Assembly (NCBI GenBank): GCA_913047325.1
Contig: CAJWTP010000002.1
Span: 20,181-84,180 of the forward strand
DNA from: an uncultured Gammaproteobacteria bacterium
GTDB lineage: Bacteria > Pseudomonadota > Gammaproteobacteria > PS1 > Pseudothioglobaceae
DNA length: 64,000 nucleotides
Reading direction: 5' to 3'
Positions 1-12,965 of this stretch are shown one piece after another. A program made the position numbers and the translations under genes. Position 1 is the stretch's first letter. Every line of letters starts with the position of its first letter. The notes below the pieces were generated by a model. That model had not been told where the DNA came from and made no database searches. It saw only the letters and a program-made list of their open reading frames with translations.

Positions 1-1624
<1,624 letters not shown>

Positions 1625-1633
1625 TTATCTCCT

Positions 1634-1924
1634 CTATTCTTCAATAACTGCAACGATTTCATCTTCGCTCATCACTAATAGCTTTTCTTCGCCTACAGTG
1701 ATTTCTGAGCCTGCGTATTGGCCAAACATCACTGTGTCGCCAACTTTAACATCTAAAGGGATGATATCACCTTTATCATTTTTTTTACCATTGCCTGTAG
1801 CTACAACTTCACCTCTTGAAGGTTTTTCAGCTGATGAGTCAGGAATGATCAAACCGCTAGCGGTTGTTTTCTTTTCTTCTACTCTACGAACGATCACACG
1901 ATCGTGTAAGGGACGAATCTCCAT
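1634..1924 (-). CDS. groES: Co-chaperonin GroES
   Basis: [10 protein letters not shown]...TASGLIIPD; ATG at 1924 preferred over the ORF-track start. Confidence 0.97.
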   Translation of the reverse strand: MEIRPLHDRVIVRRVEEKKTTASGLIIPDSSAEKPSRGEVVATGNGKKNDKGDIIPLDVKVGDTVMFGQYAGSEITVGEEKLLVMSEDEIVAVIEE

Positions 1925-1967
1925 GTTTTCTCCTTGATTGGACAAAAAAAAATGTCTTTGAAGGTTT

Positions 1968-2795
1968 CTATTCTTCTAGACGTTCTTTAAGCTTTTTAAT
2001 CGCTTTATTTTCAAGTTGGCGAACTCTTTCAGCAGAAACACCGTACTTGTCAGCTAAAGTATGTAGGGTCGTTTTTTCTTCTTTCAAGTACCTTGACTGT
2101 AAAATATCTATACTTCTTTCGTCTAGGGAAGAAAGAGCTTGATAAAGCCTGTGTTGCAGGTCCTCTCGGCTTCTATCACTCAACAATAATTGTTCAGGAG
2201 TTTGTTTTGGGTCTGCAAGGTATTGTTCTGGTGTATATGTGTCTTCATCATCATGAACTTCAAATGCCACGTCATTTAGCTGAAGTCGTGACTCCATTTC
2301 AATGACATCTTGTTTTCTTACACCTAAGTCACTCGCAATCTCTTCTGCTTGATCATTTGTTAGAGAAGTATAGATGTGTGCTTTAGCTTGCTTAAGCTTG
2401 AAAAAAAGCTTTCGTTGAGCTTTAGTTGTAGCAATCTTAACGATTTTCCAGTTTTTGAAAACATATTCATGAATTTCAGCGCGAATCCAATAAACCGCAA
2501 AGGAAGATAATCTGACTTTCTTATAAGGATCAAATCGTTTAACAGCCTTCATCAGGCCAATCATACCTTCTTGGATAAGGTCAGCCTGTTCGAGGCCGTA
2601 TCCTTTGTAGCCATGAGCAATAAAAGCAACAAAGCGCATATGTGCAAGCACTAGCTTCCTAGCGGCTGACAAGTCGCCATTATCATAAAGCTCAATGGCT
2701 AGACTGTACTCCTCCTCTGGAGTAAGTATTGGAGGGTACTTCTGTACCTCTAGGCTTCCAGCCGTCTTCTGCAAAGATAGTGCGTATTCACTCAT
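1968..2795 (-). CDS. rpoH: RNA polymerase sigma-32 factor
   Basis: [19 protein letters not shown], RpoH box QRKLFFKLK, region 4 [11 protein letters not shown]. Confidence 0.95.
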   Translation of the reverse strand: MSEYALSLQKTAGSLEVQKYPPILTPEEEYSLAIELYDNGDLSAARKLVLAHMRFVAFIAHGYKGYGLEQADLIQEGMIGLMKAVKRFDPYKKVRLSSFAVYWIRAEIHEYVFKNWKIVKIATTKAQRKLFFKLKQAKAHIYTSLTNDQAEEIASDLGVRKQDVIEMESRLQLNDVAFEVHDDEDTYTPEQYLADPKQTPEQLLLSDRSREDLQHRLYQALSSLDERSIDILQSRYLKEEKTTLHTLADKYGVSAERVRQLENKAIKKLKERLEE

Positions 2796-2846
2796 AATTA
2801 TTTGTCAAAACCATTTTTCAAAGCTAAATTATACCAAAATATCTCG

Positions 2847-3473
2847 TTATATCAATTTTTTGAGTAATTTTTTGTATTTTATTGATTGTTCAGTGATTGA
2901 CAGTCTAGATCTCTCAGAAGCCTTGTCTGACCTACAAATGATGATTTCTAGATCACTCAAGGCAGTATCGAAATCCTCATTAATTACGAGGTATTCGTAG
3001 TTTTTATAGTGCAACATCTCATTTTTAGCGTTAGCCATCCTTTTGTTTATTGTTGACTGGTCATCCTGCGCTCTTTGCTGGAGGCGTTTTTCAAGGTCCT
3101 CTTTCGAAGGCGGCAAGATAAAAATACTGACAGCATTAGGAAACTTTATTTTGACTTGATGTGCGCCTTGCCAATCAATTTCTAGAATGACACTTTTCCC
3201 CTTACTAGTCTGATGTTTGATTGATTCGGTAGCCGTTCCATAGTAGTTATCAAAAACTTTGGCGTATTCAACAAAGGCATTGTCAACTATCATTTTTTCG
3301 AATTCCCCAAGAGAAATGAAATAATAATTAATTTCGTTAATCTCTTCCGCTCTAGGTTTGCGAGTTGTATGAGAAACTGAGACACAAAGATTGTCATTTC
3401 TATTGATTAATGCCTCCACAAGTGAGGTTTTTCCACAACCGGACGGCGCTGAAATAATAAACAAGCTAGGCAT
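2847..3473 (-). CDS. gmk: Guanylate kinase
   Basis: SAPSGCGKTS P-loop, SHTTRKPR, EIDWQGA. Confidence 0.96.
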   Translation of the reverse strand: MPSLFIISAPSGCGKTSLVEALINRNDNLCVSVSHTTRKPRAEEINEINYYFISLGEFEKMIVDNAFVEYAKVFDNYYGTATESIKHQTSKGKSVILEIDWQGAHQVKIKFPNAVSIFILPPSKEDLEKRLQQRAQDDQSTINKRMANAKNEMLHYKNYEYLVINEDFDTALSDLEIIICRSDKASERSRLSITEQSIKYKKLLKKLI

Positions 3474-3475
3474 AA

Positions 3476-3742
3476 TTATTTAGGAATATAACCTTCGATT
3501 GAATCTAAATTACCACTATCAAAAAAATATTTTTCCATTTGCTCCTTGAGATAACTTTGAGAAGAAGCCTCAAACAGATTCAAGTTATTTTCATTAATCA
3601 GCATGGTTTGGTGGTCTAGCCACATTTGCCATGCCTCTCTGGATACATTTTCTAGTATCTGTTTACCTAATTCTCCAGGGTAGGGCGCTCTATCAAGGGC
3701 CTCCAATTCTTTATTCAATTTAATGCAAAAAAGTGTTGTCAT
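3476..3742 (-). CDS. yggX: Fe(II)-trafficking / oxidative damage protection protein
   Basis: [29 protein letters not shown]. Confidence 0.93.
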   Translation of the reverse strand: MTTLFCIKLNKELEALDRAPYPGELGKQILENVSREAWQMWLDHQTMLINENNLNLFEASSQSYLKEQMEKYFFDSGNLDSIEGYIPK

Positions 3743-5268
3743 ATTTTATTTATTCGAATTCCCATTAAGTACAGACTTGAAAAATATATTAAAACTGAAA
3801 TAAGTATTGTTTTTGAAATCATTATGATTCTCTCTAGAGCTGCAGATTGCAAGTAGTTATCTATATTTGTTGACGTAAAGTAAACATATAATGCCATTAT
3901 AATGCTTGCAAAAATAACTTTAAATAGCATTTTGAAAAATTCGTTATTCAGCCTAAAAATTGACTGTTTGCGTAAATAATAATATAAAAATGCTGCATTT
4001 AGAAGAGCTGAAATTGAGGTTGCCGCTGCCAATCCAACATGGCCATAGTAGTAAGCTAGGATTATATTTAGGAAAATATTTGATACCATAGCTACTATAC
4101 CTGCCTTGACAGGGGTTCTAGTATCGCCCCTGGAAAGAAAGACTGGCGCAAGAATCTTGACCGCTATAAATACAATTAAGCCAGCACCATACGCCTTAAG
4201 ACTTAGCGAGGATTGTTTTGCGGCATATGAGTCGAATTCTTGGTATTGAAAAAGTGTGACTATCAGTTCTTCGGACAACATAACCAGGCCAACACAAGAA
4301 GGCAAGCCCAATAAAAGAGCATAAAGTAGCGCTTTATTGATTGTACTTGTAAACTCTTTTGTGTCATTCTTTGCATAATAATGACTCAATTTTGCCAAAG
4401 CTACAGTCGCAAGGGCAATTCCAATTAGCGCCAAAGGTAGCTCCAATAATCGATCTGAATAGTACAACCAAGAAACACTTCCCGCAATAAGCGTTGAGGC
4501 AATCATGGTATCAATAAGTAAGTTAATTTGTGATACCGAGACACCGAATAGTGCTGGTATCAAGCGTTTCTTTAGTGTTTTAAGAACTTCGTGATGACCA
4601 AACTGTAACTTTGGCAATCGTTTAATTTTTATTAAGAATGGTATTTGAAAGAATAGCTGGGCAAAACCACCGACTAGCACCCCCCAGGCAAGAGCCATGA
4701 TGGGGGTTGCCATATACCGTGATAAAAAGACAGCGCTAAGTATTAAAGAAATATTTAGCAGAACAGGGGTAAATGCTGGAACACTAAAATTATCATAAGT
4801 ATTTAATATAGCACCTGATAGGGCGGTCAAAGATATCAATAAAAGATAAGGAAAAGTGATTCTAAGCATATCGGATGCTAAATAAAACTGCGTTGTGTCG
4901 GGCTTGAAATAAAAACCCCAAGCAAAGAGAAATATCACAATAGGAGCTAGCAGCACTGCAACCACTGTAATCAGAATTAGAACAGTAAATAACTTAGTGC
5001 CAATATGATTAATAACTAATTGAACTTCTGCTTCAGATTTATTAGCCTTACTCTCAGCTAGTATTGGTATAAAGGCCTGGGAAAAGGCTCCTTCTGCAAA
5101 CAACCTTCGAAAAAAATTAGGTATACGAAAGGCTACAAGAAAGGCATCAGAAAGCCCATTTGCGCCAAAGTATCTGGCAATAAAAAAGTCGCGCACCAAA
5201 CCAAAAATACGTGATAACAGAGTCATTACAGTTACAATACTGCTAGACTTTAATAAAGATTTTTCCAT
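3739..5268 (-). CDS. murJ: Lipid II flippase MurJ (MviN)
   Basis: [38 protein letters not shown]. Confidence 0.96.
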   Translation of the reverse strand: MEKSLLKSSSIVTVMTLLSRIFGLVRDFFIARYFGANGLSDAFLVAFRIPNFFRRLFAEGAFSQAFIPILAESKANKSEAEVQLVINHIGTKLFTVLILITVVAVLLAPIVIFLFAWGFYFKPDTTQFYLASDMLRITFPYLLLISLTALSGAILNTYDNFSVPAFTPVLLNISLILSAVFLSRYMATPIMALAWGVLVGGFAQLFFQIPFLIKIKRLPKLQFGHHEVLKTLKKRLIPALFGVSVSQINLLIDTMIASTLIAGSVSWLYYSDRLLELPLALIGIALATVALAKLSHYYAKNDTKEFTSTINKALLYALLLGLPSCVGLVMLSEELIVTLFQYQEFDSYAAKQSSLSLKAYGAGLIVFIAVKILAPVFLSRGDTRTPVKAGIVAMVSNIFLNIILAYYYGHVGLAAATSISALLNAAFLYYYLRKQSIFRLNNEFFKMLFKVIFASIIMALYVYFTSTNIDNYLQSAALERIIMISKTILISVLIYFSSLYLMGIRINKI

Positions 5269-5286
5269 TATAAAAAGAGCTTTTAG

Positions 5287-6084
5287 TTACTCGTCCCCTG
5301 GACCACGCATGATTCCTACTCGAGAATTTCGTATACATTCAATAAATTGCATAACTTCGTGACTATCTGATTCAGAGTTTTTTAACTCTTTTAGAGCATG
5401 ATCTAAAAGTCTTCCTTGAGTTTCACGATAAACAACTTTGAAGGCTCGTTTAATAGAGGCAATTGAACTTGCGCTAAAACCCCTTCGTTTCATTCCAACT
5501 GTATTGATGCTTCTTATTCTTGGTTGAACACCGGAAGCTACCATATAGTCTGGAATGTCTTTATTGATATGACTTCCCATTCCAGCATAGGTATGTCTGC
5601 CAACATTGCAAAACTGTTTAACTAACACAAAGCCACCCAGAATAGCCCAATCAGCTATGCGAACATGTCCAGCAAGTGATGCGTTATTAGACATGATAAT
5701 ATGGTTGCCTAGTTGACAATCATGCGCTATATGAACATAGGACATTAACATATTATTTGAACCAACCCTAGTGAGCGAGTTTTCTTTTTCGGTTCCGCGG
5801 TTTATTGTGCAAAACTCTCTAATAAGGTTGTCGTCCCCGATAACCAGATTACTTTCCTGTCCGTCTTCATAAGTAATATCCTGTGGATCTCCTCCGATTG
5901 AGGCAAATGAATAAATATGATTATTCTTACCTATCTTAGTTGGTCCGGCGATAACAGCGTGAGAATCAACAACAGTGCCCGCACCAATTTCTACGTGTGC
6001 GCCAATAACAGCAGACGCTTTTATCACTGCATCCTTGTGAATTTTAGCACTTTCATGAATAATTGCAGATGGATTAATAGCCAT
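5287..6084 (-). CDS. lpxA: UDP-GlcNAc O-acyltransferase
   Basis: Hexapeptide repeats, GGDPQD, IREFCTINRGT, HIAHDC. Confidence 0.96.
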   Translation of the reverse strand: MAINPSAIIHESAKIHKDAVIKASAVIGAHVEIGAGTVVDSHAVIAGPTKIGKNNHIYSFASIGGDPQDITYEDGQESNLVIGDDNLIREFCTINRGTEKENSLTRVGSNNMLMSYVHIAHDCQLGNHIIMSNNASLAGHVRIADWAILGGFVLVKQFCNVGRHTYAGMGSHINKDIPDYMVASGVQPRIRSINTVGMKRRGFSASSIASIKRAFKVVYRETQGRLLDHALKELKNSESDSHEVMQFIECIRNSRVGIMRGPGDE

Positions 6085-6090
6085 AAATAA

Positions 6091-6534
6091 TCACCTTGCA
6101 GGCTTTTGGGTACATATTATTTCTGCAGAAGTCACTAGCTGCTCTTCAACTGTAGCTCTACAATCAAATTTCCAAATGCCTCGCCTTACTGTCATTACCT
6201 CGACATAGAGTTTAAGTTGGTCTCCCGGCTCCACAGTTCTCTTAAAGCGAACCTTGTCAACGCCAACCAGCATATAAATTTGACCAGTCACAGGCTGTCC
6301 AACTTCAGATTTAAATGCCAGTATGCCGGTTGCCTGGGCTAGAGCCTCAATAATTAGCACTCCAGGCATAATTGGCTGATCAGGAAAGTGGCCGCTAAAA
6401 TGGGGTTCATTAAATGAGACATTCTTTATTGCTGTCAAATTTTTCCCAACCGTAAAGTCAAGGACCCTGTCAATTAGTAAAAAAGGGTAGCGATGAGGTA
6501 AGAAATTTTTTACCTCATTAATATTCATTTCCAT
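6091..6534 (-). CDS. fabZ: 3-hydroxyacyl-ACP dehydratase
   Basis: [17 protein letters not shown]...[12 protein letters not shown]. Confidence 0.97.
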   Translation of the reverse strand: MEMNINEVKNFLPHRYPFLLIDRVLDFTVGKNLTAIKNVSFNEPHFSGHFPDQPIMPGVLIIEALAQATGILAFKSEVGQPVTGQIYMLVGVDKVRFKRTVEPGDQLKLYVEVMTVRRGIWKFDCRATVEEQLVTSAEIICTQKPAR

Positions 6535-6539
6535 AGTAT

Positions 6540-7547
6540 TTACTTAGTGTCTTTTAATTTAATGTTTAATATTCGGGTAATTTTATCAAGTTTTGTGAGC
6601 CACATTCCAGCCTTTTTCCATGCGTTATGAGGCATAAGAGGGAAGAAGCCAGTATAGATGCCAGGTTTTTTGATGTCCCGATTGACTGTACTTGTAGCAT
6701 TAATGGTAACGTCATCGGTTATATTTAAATGTCCAACAATGCCTACCATCCCTCCAATCATGCAGCGCTTCCCAATAACTGTACTGCCGGCAATGCCAGT
6801 CTTCGCTGCAATAGCCGTGTTTTCACCTATTACAACGTTGTGAGCTATGTGAACAAGATTGTCAATTTTAACTCCACTATGAATCTGGGTATCGTCAATT
6901 GTTCCTCTGTCGATTGCTGAATTTGAGCCAATACATACATTATCACCAATCACAACTTTACCTAAATGAGCAATACGATGCCAGCATTTGTTTTCATCTA
7001 AGGCGTTGCCGAAACCTTCAGAACCAATAACACTACTAGGCAATATTGTACAATTATTACCTAGCTGGCAATCTCGTTGGATAATTACGCTGGATGATAT
7101 ATGACACTCATTACCAATTCTAACGTTATCTTCTATTATGCAGTTAGACTCCAGCGTTGTATTTTTGCCAATCAATACGTTTTTTCCAATAACACAGCCT
7201 GGACCAAGTACAGCATTGTTCAAGTTAGCCGAGGGGTCAATATTTAGATTGTTAGCTTTAGGGATAGTATTGTTCGATTTGAAAAAATGAGTTACTTTAG
7301 CAAAGGCTAAGTATGGGTTTGAGACTAACAGTGCGTTAGTTTTACAATCATTTTTCATGTTCTCACTTAAGATCACCGCACCAGCATTTGTGTTTACCAA
7401 AGAATCTATATATTTTTTGTTAGCAATATAACTTAACTGGTTAGCATTAGCTTTTGATAAAGAATTAATTCCGTTAATATCAATTTCTGAATCGCCGATT
7501 AATTCAGCTCCAATTTTTTCGGCGATTAGTCCAAGTTTATAAGTCAT
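6540..7547 (-). CDS. lpxD: UDP-3-O-acyl-glucosamine N-acyltransferase
   Basis: [28 protein letters not shown]. Confidence 0.96.
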   Translation of the reverse strand: MTYKLGLIAEKIGAELIGDSEIDINGINSLSKANANQLSYIANKKYIDSLVNTNAGAVILSENMKNDCKTNALLVSNPYLAFAKVTHFFKSNNTIPKANNLNIDPSANLNNAVLGPGCVIGKNVLIGKNTTLESNCIIEDNVRIGNECHISSSVIIQRDCQLGNNCTILPSSVIGSEGFGNALDENKCWHRIAHLGKVVIGDNVCIGSNSAIDRGTIDDTQIHSGVKIDNLVHIAHNVVIGENTAIAAKTGIAGSTVIGKRCMIGGMVGIVGHLNITDDVTINATSTVNRDIKKPGIYTGFFPLMPHNAWKKAGMWLTKLDKITRILNIKLKDTK

Positions 7548-8044
7548 GGTAACGAAGTCTCAATCAAATTAATTACATCATTGCTGATATCATTTATTTT
7601 ATCACTCGTAAAAGCAACATTATCATACAAGATTAAATCATAAAACTCCTCTTTGGCAAACCTTTCTACTGCTTGGTTGATCAATAATTCAATTTGTTGC
7701 AACAATAATTGCTTCTCTTGATTAAGTTGATATTGCCATAACTCGGTATCTTTTTGAAAATTAACTTCAAGTTTATTTATATGATTTATTTCATTTTTAT
7801 ACGCTTCAGTCGTGAGATGATTGGATTTGCTACTAAGGTCTTCTTTTAAAAGCTCAATATGTTTGAAAAGATTGAGAAGTTCTTTTTTTCTGAAATCAAA
7901 TTTATCGGCAATTCTCTCATTGCCATGTCGATACTGAGTTAAGTTATTAACAACTTCTTCAATGTTTAGATAGCCTATTTTTATTGATTCAGCAGTAGCT
8001 AAACCAGTTAATAAAGCTAAAACCAAAATGGCAAAAGCTCTCAT
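7544..8044 (-). CDS. skp: Periplasmic chaperone Skp/OmpH
   Basis: Signal peptide, KIGYLN, helical body, YDLIL; position between bamA and lpxD. Confidence 0.85.
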   Translation of the reverse strand: MRAFAILVLALLTGLATAESIKIGYLNIEEVVNNLTQYRHGNERIADKFDFRKKELLNLFKHIELLKEDLSSKSNHLTTEAYKNEINHINKLEVNFQKDTELWQYQLNQEKQLLLQQIELLINQAVERFAKEEFYDLILYDNVAFTSDKINDISNDVINLIETSLP

Positions 8045-8052
8045 TGTCTATA

Positions 8053-10374
8053 CTAAAAACCAGTTCCTAATGAAAAACTAAAATTTTCTATATCATCACC
8101 AGTCTTCTTAAGAATTGGAGTAGACCAGTAAGCTCCGATTGCACCGATAGGGCTGAGATATGCGAATGCGACACCAGTTGACATTCTGAGGTCGCCTAGC
8201 TTCATACTGGATGATTTTTCGAAAATATTGCCAGTATCAACAAATGCACTTACCCTCATATTTTCACTATTACTTATAAAGCTAGCTGGTGAGATAATGT
8301 TAAAACTTCCTAAGACAGAGATCTCACCTCCCTTGGCAGCTGAATTAGGATAAGTTGGCCCAAGAGTTCTATTGCCAAACCCACGAACAGAACCGCTACC
8401 TCCACCAAAATAACGCTTGAAGAAGGGAACTTCATTTCCGCTATAACCTGAAATTAGACCTAAGCTACCTGTTAATTTTAAAGTCAAATTGCCACTTAGC
8501 GGTTTGTAGCTTACATGGTTTGCATTAACACTAACATAACGGTAGTCTGAAAGCGGCAAGGCAACATCAACGCTCAATGCATTGCTTTTGCCATCAGTTG
8601 GGTACAAATAATGATTTAGAGTGCTTTCATTCCAGCTAAGGCCAAAAACAACTTCATCGTTACTGTTATTTGCACATTGTGTGGGCTCATAGCTTGAAGC
8701 TGCAAAGCCAGAGCTACAAACTAAATCGTTATTAGCGTATTCCAGTTTAGTGTTAAGTCTAGTATATTTTGTTAAAGGAACGCCATATCCCAATGATAGC
8801 CCCTTAGAGTTAACAGTATAAGAGTCACTCATTACATCATCATCACTTTGTTCGCTATAAAAGGCACCGTAACTAATACTATGATTGTCGACATTAAAAT
8901 AAGGGTCTTCAAAATAAATACTGAGTTTTTTGAATGACTCTGACATCTTTAGATTAACATTAAAAGTGTTTCCAGAGCCGAAAATATTTTTTTCTTGAAT
9001 CCCTGCGCCGAAAGATATTCCATAGTTGTTGCTATGTGAAACTGAAAAACTTATTGCACCTGTTTTAGTCTCTTTTACTGCAAAATTTAAGTCAATTTTG
9101 TCAGGCATGCCTTCAACCTTCGAAGCTTCCATCTCTACATCAGAAAAATATCCTAATCTTCTAAGGTTAATGACGGATTCATTAAGCGCACTACGAGAGA
9201 ATAGGCTACCTTCTGAGAGCAAAATCTCTCGCCTTATAACTTCATCTTGAGTGCGAGTATTTCCTGATATCTTAATTCTATTAACATAAACTTTTTTGTT
9301 AAGTGATATATTGAAATAAATATTCACGCTACCTAAAACATCTTCGGTAGTAGGATTAATGTTAGCGAATGCATATCCTTGATCTACAAATACATCTGTA
9401 ATTTTCTGTACATCATTAACAATCGCCTCCCAATTAAATATTTCACCTTTCTGGATGCTAACAAGTCTCATCAAGTCATCATGTTTCTGGTTTCCAAACT
9501 CACCTTCAAAGTTAACAGTTCCCAATTTATATTGAATTCCTTCATCAATTTCTATTTCAATATTTATATGTTCTTTGTCTTCAGAAAGCGTTTTATTCAC
9601 ACTAGTAAATTTAAAGTTTAGATAGCCAGAATTCATGTAGAGGCTCGATATAGACTCCATACCTTCATCAAAAGCCAATTCAGTGTATCGATCTTTATTG
9701 GTAAAATAATTGATGAAAGAGTTTGTCTTTATTCCAAATGAAAACTGATCTGAAAGTTCTTCATCTTCGAAAATACTGTTACCTGAAATACTCATTAACC
9801 CTATTCTTGCCTCCTTACCTTGAGATATATTGAGCTCAATATCGATTCTATTTTGTGAGTCAATTTGAAGGTTTTCTGCTATTTCTATATTGAAGTAGCC
9901 AATAGCAAGATATTGATTCTTAATTTCCGAAACAAGTTCATGAAGTTTTTTCTTTGAATAAATATCACCAGCAGAAAGTTCATAATTGCTAACAAGTTCA
10001 TCAATGCTAGCCTTATCAAGAGCTAATTTTTGATTTGAATTATCAAACCAGTTAGACCAACTTTTTTTATAATCGCTTTTAATGTTGATAAGCTTAATAC
10101 GTGGATTCTCTATTACAGCAATTAAGAGAATATCGTTGTTCAATTCAACTTGAATATCAGAAAAATAGCCGGTATCGAAAAGTGAACTAATGATTTTATT
10201 TGATGTGTTGGAACTATATTCATCGCCAATTTTGACTGGCAGTTTGCTCATAACAGTGCTTTTTGGAGTTAGATTAAGGCCAGAGAATTCAATTTTACTG
10301 ATGGTTTCGGCAAAACCTTGAAAAGAGAGAGATATAGATATAAAGAAGATAATTTGTATAATTCTAATTTTCAT
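8053..10374 (-). CDS. bamA: Outer membrane protein assembly factor BamA
   Basis: POTRA repeats (GNTRTQDEVIRRE), VRGF motif, C-terminal FSLGTGF. Confidence 0.96.
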   Translation of the reverse strand: MKIRIIQIIFFISISLSFQGFAETISKIEFSGLNLTPKSTVMSKLPVKIGDEYSSNTSNKIISSLFDTGYFSDIQVELNNDILLIAVIENPRIKLINIKSDYKKSWSNWFDNSNQKLALDKASIDELVSNYELSAGDIYSKKKLHELVSEIKNQYLAIGYFNIEIAENLQIDSQNRIDIELNISQGKEARIGLMSISGNSIFEDEELSDQFSFGIKTNSFINYFTNKDRYTELAFDEGMESISSLYMNSGYLNFKFTSVNKTLSEDKEHINIEIEIDEGIQYKLGTVNFEGEFGNQKHDDLMRLVSIQKGEIFNWEAIVNDVQKITDVFVDQGYAFANINPTTEDVLGSVNIYFNISLNKKVYVNRIKISGNTRTQDEVIRREILLSEGSLFSRSALNESVINLRRLGYFSDVEMEASKVEGMPDKIDLNFAVKETKTGAISFSVSHSNNYGISFGAGIQEKNIFGSGNTFNVNLKMSESFKKLSIYFEDPYFNVDNHSISYGAFYSEQSDDDVMSDSYTVNSKGLSLGYGVPLTKYTRLNTKLEYANNDLVCSSGFAASSYEPTQCANNSNDEVVFGLSWNESTLNHYLYPTDGKSNALSVDVALPLSDYRYVSVNANHVSYKPLSGNLTLKLTGSLGLISGYSGNEVPFFKRYFGGGSGSVRGFGNRTLGPTYPNSAAKGGEISVLGSFNIISPASFISNSENMRVSAFVDTGNIFEKSSSMKLGDLRMSTGVAFAYLSPIGAIGAYWSTPILKKTGDDIENFSFSLGTGF

Positions 10375-10542
10375 ATTGGTTTATTTATAGTCAAGTTTTT
10401 ACAATGAATTTTTTGATTTAATCAAATTAAGTCAAATTGATAAAGTTCAATTTTAACAAAATATATATTTAGTAGGTGAGCTAACTCTTCTTATAATCTA
10501 GATAATTATAACTACTTATAAATCTTATTTAGAGTGATGGGA

Positions 10543-10899
10543 TTATTGAGATGAGTCAATTTCTAAGTTAATAACTTTTTGACTGTATTTCTCCCATAGT
10601 TTATCTTGATTGAGCGCGAGATAATGAAGGTAGCTCCATGAGTATATTCCCGTGGTGTGGTCATCACTGTAATCAATTGCAATTGCGTAGTTTCCAACTG
10701 GCCTGATTTTATTTATGACAACATCCTCTTTATTAAGCTGGAGTGTTTCTTGTCCAGGACTGTGACCTAGAGCTTCTGCGGAAGGCGAATGAACGCGTAA
10801 AAATTCACTTGAGAAAGAGTAGTAGGTAGCTTGAAACCTTATGGTTAGGATATTTTTATCTTTACTGAGATTAATATTGCTCGGTGTAATCATATTCAT
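10543..10899 (-). CDS. DUF971 / GBBH N-terminal-like protein
   Basis: EFLRVHSPSAE..GH, VGNYAI..YSDDHTTGIYSW.YL; start uncertain. Confidence 0.85.
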   Translation of the reverse strand: MNMITPSNINLSKDKNILTIRFQATYYSFSSEFLRVHSPSAEALGHSPGQETLQLNKEDVVINKIRPVGNYAIAIDYSDDHTTGIYSWSYLHYLALNQDKLWEKYSQKVINLEIDSSQ

Positions 10900-10957
10900 T
10901 AATATAATCAATTTACATAAGGTCAATGCATTAAATACATAAGGTTAAAATGGTATT

Positions 10958-11782
10958 ATGCTATATTTTACAAAAATGCAAGGCTTGGGAAACGACTTCA
11001 TTGTTATTAACAATATTGAAGGTGATGTCTGCCTTTCAACTGAAGAAATTCGTCAATTAGCAGACCGACGACTTGGTATTGGCTTTGATCAGCTTCTCAT
11101 GGTTGAAAATTCCAGTAAAAAAGGCATTGACTTTAGCTATGTAATCTATAACGCTGACGGTTCAGAGGTCGGTCAGTGCGGGAATGGCGCAAGATGTTTT
11201 GCACGTTTTGTTGAAAAGAATAATCTGACGCAGAAAAACATAATAACCGTTGAAACCATTTCCGGAAAACTAGAAATTACAATCAACCATGATAATACAG
11301 TACGAGTAGATATGGGTAGTCCAGCCTTTGATCCGAGAGATGTTCCGTTTGTTTCCGAAAAGATTGACATAGAATACCTTGTTGAAGGTCAAAAAATGGG
11401 TGTTTTATCGATGGGTAATCCACATGCAATTATTCATACAGAAGACATTAATAGCAATGATATTATAAGTATTGGGACTAAGATACAAGATTCTAATTCT
11501 TTTCCTCATGGAGTTAATGTTGGATTTATGCAAATCGTCAATAGCAGTGAAATCTATTTGCGTGTTATTGAAAGGGGAGTTGGCGAAACTTTGGCATGCG
11601 GTTCAGGGGCATGTGCTGCAGTTGTTCATGGTGTTAGATTAGGACTTCTAGATGAAAAAGTTAAGGTTCATTTGACTGGAGGAGATGCACTAGTTGAGTT
11701 TGACGGTAAAAGCGCTTATCTATCTGGACCTGCTGAATTCGTTTATGAAGGCGCGGTGAACCTGAGAACTGGAAAGGCTTAA
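10958..11782 (+). CDS. dapF: Diaminopimelate epimerase
   Basis: KMQGLGNDF, CGNGARC, ERGVGETLACGSGACA. Confidence 0.97.
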   Translation: MLYFTKMQGLGNDFIVINNIEGDVCLSTEEIRQLADRRLGIGFDQLLMVENSSKKGIDFSYVIYNADGSEVGQCGNGARCFARFVEKNNLTQKNIITVETISGKLEITINHDNTVRVDMGSPAFDPRDVPFVSEKIDIEYLVEGQKMGVLSMGNPHAIIHTEDINSNDIISIGTKIQDSNSFPHGVNVGFMQIVNSSEIYLRVIERGVGETLACGSGACAAVVHGVRLGLLDEKVKVHLTGGDALVEFDGKSAYLSGPAEFVYEGAVNLRTGKA

Positions 11783-12585
11783 TTAGACTCGATAGATCTT
11801 TGCGAGAATTGGACTCTGTCATTCAATCTTATTGCGCTAAGATAATCGCCCCAAAAACAACCACGATCGAGCGGATAAATATTTTTAATGTTTATATCTC
11901 TTAGTGTTGACCAATGACCAAAAACTATTTCTTCGTTTTTGAGCATTCTGTTTTCATGAAGAAACCAAGCTTTGTATCCCTTAGGCGCCTTGTCAGCGTT
12001 CATTTTGTGGGTAAATTCCAATTCACCATTACTTTTACAAAATCTCATTCTCATTAGTGCATTGATTGTGTATCTTGATTTTTGTTCAATATCTAGGTTT
12101 TTAGACCAGTTTGTTGGTTCGTTAGAGTACATTTTTGGCAAAAAAAGTTCTACGCTATCGCCTTGTAGTTGCCTTTGAACTAGCTCAGCGTGGACAAATG
12201 ACTCATTTTTGCCCCATTGTGGTGGAATACCAGCGTGTACCAATAAAAACCCCTGGCATTCAATGATTAGAGGTCTTGAGAGCAAATAGTCAATAAGAGC
12301 GTTTTTATCTGGTGCCTCTATGATGTCCAAAAAGGTGTCTTTTGGGTTCGGTTTACGTGATGTAAAGGCGCACATTAATAAATGAAAATCATGGTTGCCT
12401 AAAACCATATTTGCATTATCTTTATGTGACTTAATATAACGCAAAGTTTCTAACGATTTTTTCCCTCGATTTACAACGTCACCTAAGAAAAATAGCCTGT
12501 CTCTATCTTCTGAGAAATTAATTTTGACCAGGAGCTTTTGGAGTGTGTCATAACAGCCCTGAACATCTCCTATCACATAGTCCAT
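11779..12585 (-). CDS. apaH: Symmetrical diadenosine tetraphosphatase
   Basis: GDVQGC, GDVVNRG, LGNHD, FGHWS. Confidence 0.95.
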   Translation of the reverse strand: MDYVIGDVQGCYDTLQKLLVKINFSEDRDRLFFLGDVVNRGKKSLETLRYIKSHKDNANMVLGNHDFHLLMCAFTSRKPNPKDTFLDIIEAPDKNALIDYLLSRPLIIECQGFLLVHAGIPPQWGKNESFVHAELVQRQLQGDSVELFLPKMYSNEPTNWSKNLDIEQKSRYTINALMRMRFCKSNGELEFTHKMNADKAPKGYKAWFLHENRMLKNEEIVFGHWSTLRDINIKNIYPLDRGCFWGDYLSAIRLNDRVQFSQRSIESN

Positions 12586-12593
12586 ATTTTGAT

Positions 12594-12965
12594 TTAATGA
12601 AGTGTATAGGGTTCACTGAGAGAAAATTCAGGGATGTCAGCATCAAAACGTTTACCTTTATCGTTAATCATGCCGTAAGAGCCTTTCATTGAACCAGTTT
12701 CTGTGCTGATAATTGCGCCAGAACTGTATTCAAAACTTTCACCGGGTGACAGGTATGGTTGCTGTCCAATAACTCCCTCCCCAACCACTTCTTCAACGTC
12801 GCCTGTTTCGTCTTCAATAAGCCATCGACGTGTTCTCAGTTGAGCGCCACAATCACCTTTATTGGTGATTGTTATAGTATAAGCGTATGCATATTGACTA
12901 TTTGGAATATCGGACTGGTTAGGAAGGTACGTTACCTTCACTTCAATTTCAATGTTGTTTTGCAT
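12594..12965 (-). CDS. apaG: ApaG protein
   Basis: YAYTITI, GEGVIGQQP, YSSG. Confidence 0.95.
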   Translation of the reverse strand: MQNNIEIEVKVTYLPNQSDIPNSQYAYAYTITITNKGDCGAQLRTRRWLIEDETGDVEEVVGEGVIGQQPYLSPGESFEYSSGAIISTETGSMKGSYGMINDKGKRFDADIPEFSLSEPYTLH

